DNA of 64,000 nucleotides from Vicugna vicugna (GCA_013265495.1 MU057711.1:1302001-1366000), one strand, 5' to 3'; counted from the stretch's first letter, positions 24,754 to 36,960 are shown. Notes: generated by a model from the letters alone, not told the origin. Numbers and translations: made by a program.

Positions 24754-25336
24754 TCTGATGTTTCATTTTCTGTATCAACTTGATTGGACCACTGGGTGCC
24801 CAGATGTTTGGTCAATTGTTTTCCTGGGTGTAGCTGTCAGGGTGTTTCTGGGTGAGATTAACACTGGGATCAGTAGACTGAGTAAAGCAGGTGCCCTCCT
24901 TAATGTGGGAGGAGTTCCATCCAAGAATTTGAAGACCTGATGGGAACATATAGACTGAAAAGAGGAAACCCCTCCCACCTAACTGGTGAGCTGGGACATG
25001 GATGGGTCTTTTCCTGCCTTCGGACTTGAACTGAAACATTAGCTCTTCTTGGATCCCCGGTCTGCTGGAATTTGGACTGGAGCTTAGGACCATCATCTCT
25101 CCTGGTTCTTAGGCCTTCGGACTCAGATCTGAACTACATCACTGCCTTGGCCGGGTCTCCAGCTTGCCAACTGCAGATCTTGGGACTTCTCAGCCTCCCT
25201 AATTGTGTGAGCCAATTCCTTATAATAAATCTCTTATGGATAAATAAATAGATGTTGGTTTCTCCAGGGAAACAGAGCCAATATATATGCATATATCCTA
25301 TTGGTTCTGTTTCCCTGGAGAACCCTGACTAATACA
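24754..25336 (+). mobile_element. ERVL solo LTR (MLT2-family)
   Basis: tatcaacttgattggaccactgggtgcccagatgtttgg..gagattaac..agtagactgagtaaagcag; ends ctggagaaccctgactaataca; 5-bp TSD gttcc/gtgcc. Confidence 0.9.
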
Positions 25337-26323
25337 GTGCCCATGAGTTGGAGAAGGGAAAAAAAAAGTGATTTACCCAAAAGCTGGATATCTGAAAGAG
25401 CAAAAAGAAATACCTAGAATTCTTACCTGAAGACACATTTGGGTCACTGTCAAAGAGTCCAGATCTGTTTTCTCCATGGACTCCCTGTTTATTTGTTTTA
25501 ATACACATCAGTTTTGGTCCATTGAAATTGCTATGCCATGTCTTCCCCTCCATGCAGACATGTCTACAGCAGAAGCTGCAGAGCGGTAGCTTTGGGCTGG
25601 CATCACCCTGAAGATCTGTTCTCTTTGGCCCACTTTGCGGGCTTTTTTCCCCATACTGTATTTTTGCAGTGGTCTTTAGCATTGTTAAACTTATGTTTAA
25701 AAAGCCCAGTAATTACACGTAAAAATTCCACCTTTCTTGCCTTAGAAACAAAATGACACAATTTGGCAATGCTTGGCTTCTAAACGGCCACAGTCCACTG
25801 GAAATACATCACCACAGGACTCTCAAGTATTTGTGTGTCATCAATTCACCGTAGTCCCCACCATTCCCAAATGATTCCCTCCTGCTGAAGCTGAGGATCA
25901 GTGCCATTTATCATCATGCTTGTGCTGCCCAGATCAATGAGCAAATCACTCAGAATGTCTTTGAGATAAAGACATTGATTTAATCAATTAGCATTTCTTA
26001 GCCACTGACTGTATTCCTCAAATAGTGTTGGGAGGTGGCAACGCAAAGTAAAACTTGGCGTGGCTTTTGCCCACAATGGTCACAGTGAAATGGTTCCTGT
26101 CCTCATGTCTCAATCCACATTTTTTTGTACCCTCATTGGATATGCAGGTTGTTGGTTTGGCTGGAGCAGCTGTATATTGGAGAGAAGTGAAGATGGGGTT
26201 AAGAGGTAGGGCAGTGTTGAAATGAGGTAGGCGGAGGCAAGCAGGAGCTTTAACTGTGGACGCGGAAGTGTCATGGAATAGTTTCTGGCTGGGAGTGTGG
26301 CATGATAATAAAAAAAGAATAAT

Positions 26324-26650
26324 TGTAGCAGAGACCAGTTGTCCACCAAGCCACCCTCTTCGCTCTGCACACTCAGCTAGACTACATTTCCCAGCATTCT
26401 CTGCAGCTAGGCAAGACCACATGACTGAGTTCCAGCCAATGTGAGTGGGCATGGTAGCAGCTCCAGACCTGATGCCCAGCTCTCATGAGTGAGAGCTTCC
26501 TGTCTTCTTTCCCTTCTCAACAGCTGAATAATGAGATTCGGAAGCAGTAGCCATTTTGTGGAAAGAGCCTAGATCCCTTGGATCTCTGATACAAGCAAGA
26601 AACAAGCCTTCACTTTGTTAAGTCATCAAGATTTGGGGACTTATTTATTA
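26324..26650 (+). mobile_element. MaLR LTR (MLT1I/J-like)
   Basis: cagctagactacatttcccagc..accacatgactgagttccagccaatg..gttaagtcatcaagatttgggg. Confidence 0.7.
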
Positions 26651-26664
26651 TTATTATTATTTCC

Positions 26665-26880
26665 TCAACTAACAGTAACCATAACAGCAACAAGAATTCT
26701 TAAGTGCTTACTCTGTGTTAGGCATTGATCTAAGTGCTTTACATACATTATCAGAGTAAGTCATTGCAATTCTGTGAGGCAGATATTTTTATTAATATTT
26801 CCACTTAACAATGAAGAAATTGAAGTACAAAGAGGTTAAGTAACTTGCCCAAGATCACACAGCTACTAATTAGAAACTAG
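26665..26880 (-). mobile_element. MIR SINE
   Basis: gtgcttactctgtgttaggcattgatctaagtgctttaca..agaggttaagtaacttgcccaagatcacacagcta. Confidence 0.85.
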
Positions 26881-27313
26881 GCCGTAGAGTAGGGCTCTTC
26901 TGGAGCAGAGGAGAAGCACAGAGGGAGGAGAATCCAAGGAGGCAGAGAACCACCAGAAAAGCAAAGTAAAGTGACTTGGAATTGCATGTGGTCCCTGTTC
27001 CTGCATCTGGACTGGTGGTGTTTGGAGACTCAGGATGTGATGAAAAACATTGCAGGCCCCCTAGCTACCCACGCCCACATGCCCACGGCAAAGTCCTGCT
27101 ACAGGGGTGCGATACTTACTCTCCCAAGTGGTGGAGGACTCTCTGGCATCTCCAAAGAGCTCTTATTCTCCCTCCTCGGCTTGCGGCTTCTGACACAGCA
27201 AGCACATAATCCCAATGGAAGGGCCTCCCGGGAGAAAGCGTTCTGGGCTTGGAGACGGTGTTTAGGTGGAAGCATCAAATGGGGCCCAAAGGTCTCCCTG
27301 CTGTGCCTGCTCA

Positions 27314-27431
27314 GACCAGCGAGGGGGCGCTCGGTGACTCAGGCGGGGGTGGGAGGGCTCTGACCCTCAGAGAGCTCCAGGCCCAGAGTTCTGGGCACCC
27401 TGCCGGGGTCTCCGTGAAGAGCAGTGACTCA
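27314..27431 (+). promoter_or_regulatory. CTCF-like motif adjacent to two AP-1 sites
   Basis: GACCAGCGAGGGGGCGCTC at 27314-27332; TGACTCA at 27335-27341 and 27425-27431. Confidence 0.35.
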
Positions 27432-27589
27432 GAGCCACTTGCATCTGAAGAGAGTTTGCTGCCAGAGGCGTTTCTCATCCTCCTCCAGCAGGTCACCCTG
27501 ACCCTGCAGCATCAGGGGAGGCAGAGGAAGCCTGGAGGCAGCCTTCTTCTCGCCCCCTGGTGTCCTCCATCCTTGGGTGTTTCAGACAG

Positions 27590-28420
27590 CAGCTGACAAG
27601 GTTTAATCGAGCACCTACTTCGTGGTGGCACTGCCCTCGGGGCTGGGGAGAGCACACTGGGTCAATAGGTGGACAAAGACTTTCCTTTCCCCCAAGAGCT
27701 CTCATTTCTCCTGTGGGTAGACAGCTAGAAAACCAGGAAGCTGACAGCAACATGGATGGACCTAGAGATTATCATATTAAGTGAAGTAAGAGAAAGACAA
27801 ATATCATATGGTATCACTTACATGTGGAATCTAAAACAAGATACAGGTTTTATTTGCAAACCAGAAAGACACTCACGGACATAGAAAACAAACTGGCTAT
27901 CAAAGGGGAAAGGTGGGGGAGGGATAAATTAGGGGTTTGGGATTACTATGTACACATAACTATGTATGAAATAGATAAACAACAGGGACCTCCTGTAGAG
28001 CACAGGGAGCTATATTCAATTTCTTGTAATAAGCTATAACAGAAAAGAATCTGAAATATATGTATAAATATACATATGTACATGTATAACTAAAGTGCTT
28101 TGTTGTACACCTGAAACTAACATAAGTCAAATACACTTCGATAAAAAATAAAATAAAATAAAAGACTAGCAAGGTCATTTCAGAGCTGAGGGCATGGGGT
28201 GGGGGGTGGTGTCAGGGAAGGCATCTCCAAAGAGCTGACGTTTGGGTTGCGAGAACTAAAAGTTGAGCAGCCCCCGGAAGACCAGGGGAAGTATCCCAGG
28301 GAGAAGGGACGGCGGGGACAGAGGGCCCCACCTGCACTGGGAGGGAACTTGGGCAGTTTGAGCAACAGCAAGGAGGCCAGAGGGGCTGGACTGAACCAGG
28401 GGGAAGACAAGAGTGTGGAG
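27590..28420 (-). mobile_element. L2 fragment interrupted by an L1
   Basis: tcgagcacctacttcgtggtggcactg before and gtcagggaaggcatctccaaagagctgacgtttgggttg after the L1 insert. Confidence 0.5.
27745..28163 (+). mobile_element. Cetartiodactyl-type L1 3' end with poly(A)
   Basis: cagcaacatggatggacctagagattatcatattaagtgaagtaag..gtacacctgaaactaaca..aaaataaaataaaa. Confidence 0.9.
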
Positions 28421-30044
28421 AGGTCAGCAGGGCCGTGGGGAAAGGGGGCACCATGGCTTCTACTCTGTCTCCTCTGAAACCCTTGGGGACCTAAGAGGCT
28501 GCTACCAGTGCCAGGTACCTACAGAAACTTTCTCCACTGCTGATTATATAGGGGTTGGGTGAGGTATGAACGAGAAATTTCTTTGAGGAGCAGAACAACA
28601 AGGTAGTGAAAGAAGGAGAATATTACATAGATTGTGCCCAAATCTCCACAGTCAAAATTCTAATGATGCCATCTTGAGGATGTTAGATAACTTGGGTTCC
28701 ATTTTTTTTCCTCGTCTGTAAAGGGAGAAATAATATTACACCCACTCTTCAAGGGTGTTGTGGGGGTTAAGAGTATTAGTGAATTCTAAAAACACCTTGC
28801 ATGGAGTAATATATAAATATTAAATACCCATCAGTATTCAGCTGGCTTTCTAAGAATCCCACAGCTGACACTCGGCAGAGCCAGAGCTGAAGACACGTGT
28901 GTGTCTGACTTGGAGCCCAAGCTCACGGCTGCTTTGCAAAGTGGTCTCTAAAAATTCTCCCCTCCCTTTTTTGACCTTCCCCAGCTCTACCCACATGGCA
29001 TACCCCTACCCCTAAACCCTGAGATGTCACTCAGATATTTGTTTTACCTGCTTCTCTCCTTAAGGATGTGTGACCGAGCCCACCATTTCTAAAGCACCCT
29101 ACAGTTTGTCAAGGCCGTCCACAGCTATCATACCTGTCACTGTAACTTCCACCCCACCACTGGGGCCTTAGCCAAGGCTCTGGGAGCTAAGACTGATAGT
29201 CCAGTGGCAGGGCTGGGACCAGCCCCAAATGCCCTGACTTCAGTTCCACACTCTGCCAGGACACCGTGCTCGTTCTCGGGGCAGGGCCTGGAGCAGACAC
29301 TCCCCAAATTGTTGTTGAATTTGACTGAATTGAGTTGAGATGGGGATGGGTTTCAGATCTGAAAGAAGAGGAATATCACATCCGGGGACTCTCAGTCCCA
29401 GAATTGTCCTTAGCTGCAGGCTTCAATTCATCAGGCGATGGCCTGGATGTCATGACCAGGATTGGCTTGAGCCAGGCCCCTGGGAAAACCCAGCCAGGAA
29501 CTGCAGTGTGGGAGTCCGCTCCACAGACACAAGCCATTACAGCATCTCTGGCCTGCCTGCCAAGCTTCCTTCCCTCCCCCTGCCGACACCTCCACCCCAA
29601 CCCTCACCTCAAGCACCAGCAGGAGCTCTCACTCCTCTCCTGGCCCCCACCCCGCTGCCATCTGCCGGGGCCGTGCACTGGCCTAGCTGTGCCTGGGAGT
29701 GGGCACCACGCCACAGCAGCACACGGGCCCACATGCCGGGCGGCCGGGTGAGCATGTGTGAGCCCTGCGTGTGCCACGAGGCTGCCGCACCGCCAGGCTT
29801 CTTGGGGTGGGGGGTGGGGGGAGGAATGTGTGGCAGGTGGGGTGGGAGTGGAGCCCTGGGACAGGATGCAGCTGTCTGAGCAGACCCCCAACCTGAGTTA
29901 GGATTGGAGGGGTGGGCGTGGGGTGGTGGAGTAGCTGGGCAATGACGGCCCTGCTCCTACGATGCTGTTGAGTCAGCTAGGCCATGCACAGAGGGGAGCA
30001 GAGCCCTCTGCCTCTTTGGAAACCTTGCTTTAGTAACAAAAGAA

Positions 30045-30285
30045 AGAGTAGCCACTATTCACTGAGCACTTACTGCGTGCCGGGCACTGTGCCAAGCTCT
30101 GTCCTTGAAAGATGGTGCAAAGTCCTCACTGAAAGCCCAAGAGGTCGATGTTACACTCATCCTCAGTCTCCAATGAAGGACATGGAGCTCAGGAGTGAAG
30201 CTGGTTGCCTGAAGTTACCTTGGGGATAGATGTGAAGGCTAGGGCTCAATCCCACGTCTACTTGACTCCAAATACCAGTTTCCTC
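30045..30285 (-). mobile_element. MIR SINE
   Basis: actgagcacttactgcgtgccgggcactgtgccaagc..ttgcctgaagttac..tacttgactccaaa. Confidence 0.7.
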
Positions 30286-30944
30286 TCCTGACAGTGCTGT
30301 GCCCAGCACCCTGCTCGACGCTTGGGAGGCTCCTGCTGGCTCTCTGTGACCTGTGTTTTCTTAAGTGGCACCAATGGAGCATGTTCTGTTTGTTTGAATG
30401 TGAGGAATACTGGGGAAGGGGTGAATAGCATTGCCAATGGATTATTGTCTCACTGGGAGAGTCCAAATGAGCTGCAAACAAAGCAGAACCATCAGACCAG
30501 AGTTCCAGACCTGACTGACAGAACCACCAGGAGAGCTTAAAAACTGTCCCAGACCCATCCTGGCATCCTGAATCCAAGTCTGGGAGAGGGTGCTGGGATC
30601 TGGACTGTTGGAAGGTTCCTGGGTAATCCAATAGGATGGAGATTCCATGGTGCTGGAACTCAGAGGAAGAAATGACTCCTAGAGGTTGGTGTGGTCAGGG
30701 AAGGCTTCCAGGAGGAGAAGAAGCTCAAGCATGGGGGGAGGGTGTTGCGTTGGGTGTGTTTCATGCAGGGCCGGGGCAGGATGGCAGCAGCGCAGGCTCA
30801 GCAGAGGCCTTGTGTTGCGTCTGTGGAACGCATGCAAGGCGGCCTCTTTAGAGTGCAGAGACACGGGACGAAGTCCTTGGAGACAAGACAAGGAAGCAGG
30901 AGGGTGGTTACAACAAAAGTGCAGGCACCAGTCCAGGGAGTTCC

Positions 30945-31025
30945 ATCTATTCAGACGACAAACGTTTATTGAGCACCTACTGTGTGCTGGGCACTGTCTC
31001 ACCTGCTGGGAATATTGATGAATCG
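30945..31025 (-). mobile_element. L2 3' end
   Basis: caaacgtttattgagcacctactgtgtgctgggcactgt..gctgggaata. Confidence 0.7.
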
Positions 31026-32037
31026 TTGAGTGAGAAGTGACATTTGGGTTGCAGATAAAGACGTTAGAAGACAGTGCTAGACCCAGAGTTGCAGGAAGGC
31101 TGAGCAAGGACGGGATGGGGAGGGAAGTCAGTCATTGGAAGGAGAGCCCTGCAGGCTGGGGAACACAGCTGTGAAGGCTCTACCTTGAGGTGAGGTTGGC
31201 TGGGAGTGTTTGCAGAGTATCTCCAAGTTCAGTGTGGCCAGAGCAGAGGCAGCGAGGGCTTGAGCCGTAGGAGAAGAGGCTGGGAGGTGGGCAGGGCTGG
31301 ACTCCATGGGCCTCGCAGACTGTGTGAGGTGTTTAGATTGAAGCTGGAAACCCTGTGCCTCCCCAACTTTAGGGTCAGGCCATGTCTGCAGACCGACTGG
31401 AGGCTGTGGGCTGGAGATGTGGGGACCAGAGGTGGGCTGAGGGGCCTTGGGCTGGGAAGGGCCTCCCCACTCTTCCCCTGAACCTTTTAACGCCCCTTCC
31501 CTCTGCCATCCCCACAGGCCTTACCCCTCTCCCTTACCTTCTGCTCAAGCTCCTCTATTTCCCTTGTCTCTCCGGTGCTTAGTCTGGAAATCAACCTTGC
31601 TGTCCCCCTCCAGTGAGGTGCCCACTGCGATTCACTTCAAGCTCCTGCCCTGGCTCCCATGTTGGGTACCACATGGCTAGGGGATCACTGGGATGCCCAG
31701 CCCTAGGCCCCAGCCCCGATCCAGGCCCTGCAGCCACCTCACTGGGTTCAACGCCTGAGATTCCTAGGAATACATGGCTCTGACGGTGGCTTTGTTCCTC
31801 AGGAATGCAAACATGAGTGATTTGTCTCCTTCACACTCACAATTTACCATACAATTGGCCCAATGCTGCAGCATTAAGAAACTTAATGTTTTTAAGTAAA
31901 AGTTAATTGATTGAAATTAGGCAGACGGCAACAGCTGCAGAATGGCAAAAAAAAACCCCAAGTACTTATTTAATTGATGCAGCCCAAGTTAAACTGGGTA
32001 TGGCTGCGCAAACCACTTAGTTTGGAATTATGGGAGC

Positions 32038-32073
32038 TGTGTGTGTGTGTGTGCACGCGCGTGCACGTGCGTG
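32038..32073. repeat. Alternating purine-pyrimidine (GT/GC) tract
   Basis: tgtgtgtgtgtgtgtgcacgcgcgtgcacgtgcgtg. Confidence 0.9.
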
Positions 32074-33144
32074 AACAAATGTGAGGTGGGATGGGATTCC
32101 AGATTTCTCAACTCTCAGAATCTAGAGGTTCAGCTGGTACAACTGCCCAAGCCTGCAAGTATCCCCTCTATCTTATTCTTCAGCCCAGGGATGTGTAGAA
32201 AAGCCTTTTCAACAGATTTTTTAAAAATTATAAATGCTTTCTAAAGCATTTAATTCTCTTTCTCACTGAAGCATCTAGGTCAGCAAGAGGGACTGACAGG
32301 GAAGGGGGCCGGGACCCATGCCATCAGTAAGAGCAACAAATGCCAGAACACAGCCTCAGAAGTTGACGTTTTGCCCAAATCTCTCTCCTCACCCTATTTT
32401 GGTGACACTACTTGAGAGCCAAGGCAGGCGTTAGCAAACCCAGATACATGGGGGCTCTGGCTACAGAGCCCAGCATTTCCACTGTGATGACTGGGAACAA
32501 CTCATTAATAGACATACAAGAAGTCACACACGGTCCATGCCTGGAGGTCCTGTAGAACTCAGCCTGGTCCCATCCTTTGCGGGAGAAAGAGATTCATTTG
32601 AGTTGGAGGTAATAATGGCCAACACTGAGCATTTGAGCATGCGTCAATACATCCCCTCCACTTGTCTCTGTCTACACAAAGAAATCACAAAAGCTATTTA
32701 CATAGTGAATCCCTTTTCAAATATTTTTCTTCAATCAGACCAAGGCCATTTCCACAGATATTGAATTAATCACAGGTAGTCTCCCTATAAGCTCAAGCTT
32801 TCACTATTTTTCTGGATCTTTCTTCTCTTTCCAGCCAATTCCCTTACGAATCCTTTAACTCCAGCCACACACTGGCTTCCTTCTGCTTCTTACATGTCCA
32901 GGCTTTGAGCCTGCCTTTGAGCGGATCCTCCTTCTATCCAGAATTTGGAATCTTTGGGTTTATCTGATTATTCTGATTTCAGCCCAAATTTCGCTTCTTC
33001 AAAAGAAACTTCCACCTTAACTAAATCAGAACCCTCCCCCTCATGATTGCCTCAGAGAATAAAAAGTAATTATCTTTTTAGTACTGGCTGGTATCCAAAG
33101 TTTTCTTGTTTCTATTGAGTCCATGTCTATCTTTACTCTAAAAT

Positions 33145-33601
33145 CAAGAGTCTGAAAACTATAGCCCATGGGCTAAATCCAGCCCATAGCCTGTTTTTAG
33201 TATAGCCCAGGGGGTAAGAATGGTTTTTACATTTTTAAATGCTGGGGGTGGGAGGAAAGAAAAGTAATATTTCATAATGCCAAAATTTTATGAAATTCAA
33301 ATTTCAGTGTTCAAAATTAAGGATTTTTAAAAATTGGGATATAATTGACATATAGCATTAAATTAGTGTCAGGTGTACAGTGTGATGATTCCATATTTGT
33401 ATGTATTGTGAAATGATAAGTCTAGCTAACATCCTCAGAATTAAAGTTTTATGGGAGCCCAGCATGCCTGTTTATTCCTGTATTGCCTGTGACTGCTTTC
33501 ACACAGCAGCAGAGTTGAGTGGCTGTGACAGAAACCATAGGAACCACAAAGCCTAAATACTTACTATCCGATCGTTCATAGCACAAGTTTGCTGACCCCA
33601 G
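33145..33601 (+). mobile_element. MER58B (hAT-Charlie) DNA transposon
   Basis: aaactatagcccatgggctaaatccagccc..ttatgaaattcaaatttcagtgt..gcagagttgagtggctgtgacaga..aagtttgctgacccc. Confidence 0.85.
33323..33434 (-). mobile_element. Short L1 3' end nested in MER58B
   Basis: gatataattgacatatagcatt..caggtgtacagtgtgatgattc; TSD-like tcaaaattaagg (33311-33322) / tcagaattaaag (33435-33446). Confidence 0.75.
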
Positions 33602-33849
33602 GTCAAGAATGAGCTACAAGAAGGCATAGACCTTGTCTGTCTTGCTCTCCATTCTTGCCAGATTCCTTGCTCCATAATATTTGTTGAATGGATTTGCTTT
33701 TTCCTGGCTGATACTTAACATGTTCTTCAAGATCCAGCTGAGTCCCTACCTCCAGCAGCCTTCCCTGACCAGCTCCCCCAGGGGTGGGGTGAGTCTCTCT
33801 CCCGGTGCTCCTGGCATCTTGAGCCATCACTGCATAGCACTTGGTCATA

Positions 33850-34080
33850 GCAACAGCTGACATTTGTGAGCCTTTGTCATGGGTCCAGGCACCATGTTGG
33901 ATTTGCTTGCTTTATTTTTTTTTTGTCCTCACACAACCCAGTGATGTAGCTACTCTTATGATGCCCATTTTAGAGATGAGGGAGCTGAGACACAGAGGTT
34001 ACCAGCCCAAGGTTACTGCTTTTAGGCAACAAACAGAAACGGGAGCTCAGGCAGTCTGACCCCAGAGCCCACTCATTCTT
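33850..34080 (-). mobile_element. MIR SINE
   Basis: tcctcacacaacc..atgcccattttagagatgagggagctgagacacagaggtt..gcagtctgaccccagagccc. Confidence 0.75.
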
Positions 34081-35649
34081 GTAATTTCATTTCCTTGTCT
34101 GTCTCCCCACTCAGAGGTGGGCTCCCTGGACCAGGATCATGCCTCCCTCATTTCTGTGTCTCAAGGCTTGATTGAGATGGTACTCAAAAATGATGGTGGA
34201 ATAAATTCATTTCTGCTGCACTGGGGACTCGTGGGCTAATAAACCACATGAATCCCCATTCTTTGTCTTCCGTTCATGCACATTTAGTTCACTCAAACCC
34301 TTCTTCCCCTTGAGTAGAGCCAACATCCTCTTCAGACACATAAGGAAACCGAGGCTCAGAGGAATTAAGAGAAATGCCTCAGACGAGTGAGTGGCTGAAT
34401 CAGGGTCAGAACCCTGGAGCCCTGCCTGGAAGGTTCACCAGACCCAGCTTTTTGATCCATGGACGGAGAGACCATCTTCCTGGAAGGCAGACCAAGTGCA
34501 TCTCTTGGTCTTGTCCTCTGAGGTTCTCAACTATCAAGAATTGAAACACAGCCAATCCCCCCAGGAAATCTGCCTGTGATGCTCTTGACTGTGATTTTGC
34601 CTGACAGGTACTACCCAGGCACATGTTGCAACCAAGTGCCAGGCTGCTTCCCCCACCCTGTTCCACCCCCTCTCTCCCTCTTTCCGCATACACACTCCTG
34701 CCTCCAAGGGCACGGCTTCCTGACCAGCCAGCCATGCTCTAAAGCACAAACAGGGTAGGAAATGAAAACTCCAGGAAGAGCAGATGATGCGGGCGGGAGG
34801 TGGAGGTACCTCCACTCAGTGCGATCTGCTCGGCTCCCCAGGCTGGCAAGAAAAACTTAGACATTATTTACTCAACCATGTGTGAGTTAAAACCAATATC
34901 TGCCCGCCATCTGTTCAGCCGAGTGACCCCTCAGAACTTCACGGCCCCCCATGACGTCAACATCATTCTTTCTAGTCCCTCTCACTGCTTCCCGGCTCTC
35001 TCCCCTCCCCTGGGGGCTGGGATGGGAAGGGTCCACGATGGGCAAGAACAGCACCCTGGAGCACATTCCAGAGATGCAGCCACAGAGGTTATTGTTAAAC
35101 CTCCTGGCTTGGCTTTGGGGGCTGTTTTGCCTAAGAAAACTTCTTTCATTTTCAGTGATGGTCTTTGGGAGCCTCAGATCCTACTTCATCCATTTCCAGT
35201 AGCTCCAGCTGTGAAACCAACTAATGGTGTAACTTTGGACAAGTCCTTTCTCAGCTCTGGGTCTCAGTTTCCCTATTGAGTACACAAGAGCAAAGACCAG
35301 CTCCTCTTCAAGGTCCCATTAAGCCAGAATGTCCTCCCAGCCACTCCTCCTTGGGTATATACACCACTTCTTAATGAAGACCCTCACACCAGACATTGCC
35401 AAGTTCTTCTCCAGGGAGGCTCTAGTCCCTGCTGCATCCATTTCCCCGTATCTGCGAAGGAAGGTTTCTGCCATGATGCCTTCCTGTTACCTGGCAACTA
35501 TCATCACCATGCAGGGCTCTGTCAGCCTGCCAGGCCCCATTGTCCAACATGCATGCACACACTCACACACACAGGGGCTGGTGAGGAAGAGACCTGGAGG
35601 CACAGAGGAAGGCTGTGTCTACTGGGTGGGGATCAGCATGCATAGGGAA

Positions 35650-35810
35650 AGGGTCACAGTGCAAAGAGCATTGGGTTGAGAATAAGAAAGGCTGAGTTCC
35701 AGCCCCTGATGCTAATGCCAGGTTACTGTGTGTCCTTGCAGAAATTCTTCCCCACTCTGGGCTGCAGTTTCCTCATTTGTGCAGCAAAGGTAATGTGATT
35801 TCCTACCAGC
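35650..35810 (+). mobile_element. MIR SINE
   Basis: agagcattgg..ctgagttccagccc..ctgtgtgtccttg..ctctgggctgcagtttcctcatttgt. Confidence 0.6.
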
Positions 35811-35979
35811 TTCCCAACTCAATTTCTTTTGCACAGTAAAAGATCTGGGTCCCAGCATCTTGGAAAATATCTGGAATGAAGCACAGTTCTGGAGCTACAG
35901 CCCTGTCATAATTCTCTGCACGCAGAGAGGGACTGAGGCAGTGGCTGAGGCCAATTAGATGGTGGCCCATGACCTTCAA

Positions 35980-36182
35980 CTAACCGTGTGCTAGACGCAG
36001 CTTTGTCCTGATAGCTGACCAGGTGCGTCTCTTCCCAACACTATTGTCTGTGTTGGAAGCTTGAAATTGGCCATGGGGGAGTGTTTACTCCATGGAAATT
36101 GGCAAACGCTACTAATCAGGGATTGTAGTTTTTTGTTTTTATTTTGAGAGCCCTTGTTACCCATTTGTCAGCTCACCTACTG
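35980..36182 (+). mobile_element. MER63A-like hAT-Blackjack element
   Basis: tctcttcccaac..gcttgaaattggccatgggggagtgtttactccatggaaattggcaaacgctactaatcaggg. Confidence 0.75.
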
Positions 36183-36369
36183 CCTCCAGCTTCTTTAGAC
36201 AGCCAGCAGTGGGATTTCTCACCAAGGGCGGAACTTCCTTCTCTCTGGAGTTTCCTCTGATGGCATCTACACCTGTGTATCCTGGGGAGGGTGATCCGAT
36301 GCCCACTTTCCAGCCAGGTGGGCTCCCAGGAATGCAGATACAGAATGAGAATAGACAGAAAGGGAAGGG

Positions 36370-36960
36370 GCACTTATTTGCTTGTAGGGACGCCTATTTG
36401 TGGCAGCCAGGATGCTTTGCACCAAGGCTGGAGCATTTATATACTATCACGGAAGACTCGTTAATACCAGGGTGTTAAAATATGTAAATAGCATAAACAT
36501 GTACCACATCCTAATTACTGTTTTGCATTATCAAGTCATTTACTCTTTATGACATTTTACGACTGTTCAGCTGTGTCAGCAAACACTTAGCTGAACCTCC
36601 TACCATGGATGAGGAAACACATCTCCCGGTCTCCTGTTATGGGAGGGCACCTGTTCCAGGTGCCCGGGCTGCGGAGGGTGACACCCATGGTCGGAGGTTC
36701 TCTTTGTGTGAACAACATATGTTCCTGCTTCCTGGCATTTTCCCTGTCATTCTCTCATCCCGCCTCTCGTGGAGGCAGATTTATATGCAGGCTAACGAGA
36801 GCTGACATTTCTTGCGCTGGTTGCTACACTGGCTGCACTGATATAATGCGGTGCAGGTGGCAACCAATGGCAAAGCCGGTTTCCTTGAACCCTTCTTTAG
36901 AGCATCGTCACTGTCACGATTGGAGGAGCTGCCTGCTCTGTGAAGCGCGGTGACTTTCGG
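36370..36960. promoter_or_regulatory. Candidate enhancer-like unique block
   Basis: Forkhead-like TGTAAATA/ATAAACA/GCAAACA, TAATTA, E-box CAGCTG and TGTCA motifs; CpGs retained. Confidence 0.35.

Larger units (their letters stand above)
32760..33692 (+). mobile_element. L2 3' region split by MER58B
   Basis: ctccagccacacactggcttcc before; tgagctacaagaaggcatagaccttgtctgtcttgc..aatatttgttgaatgga after. Confidence 0.6.

Noticed and set aside
29335..29891. Cluster of overlapping Pro/Gly-rich ORFs
   Set aside because: Explained by high GC and C/G runs that lack stop codons.
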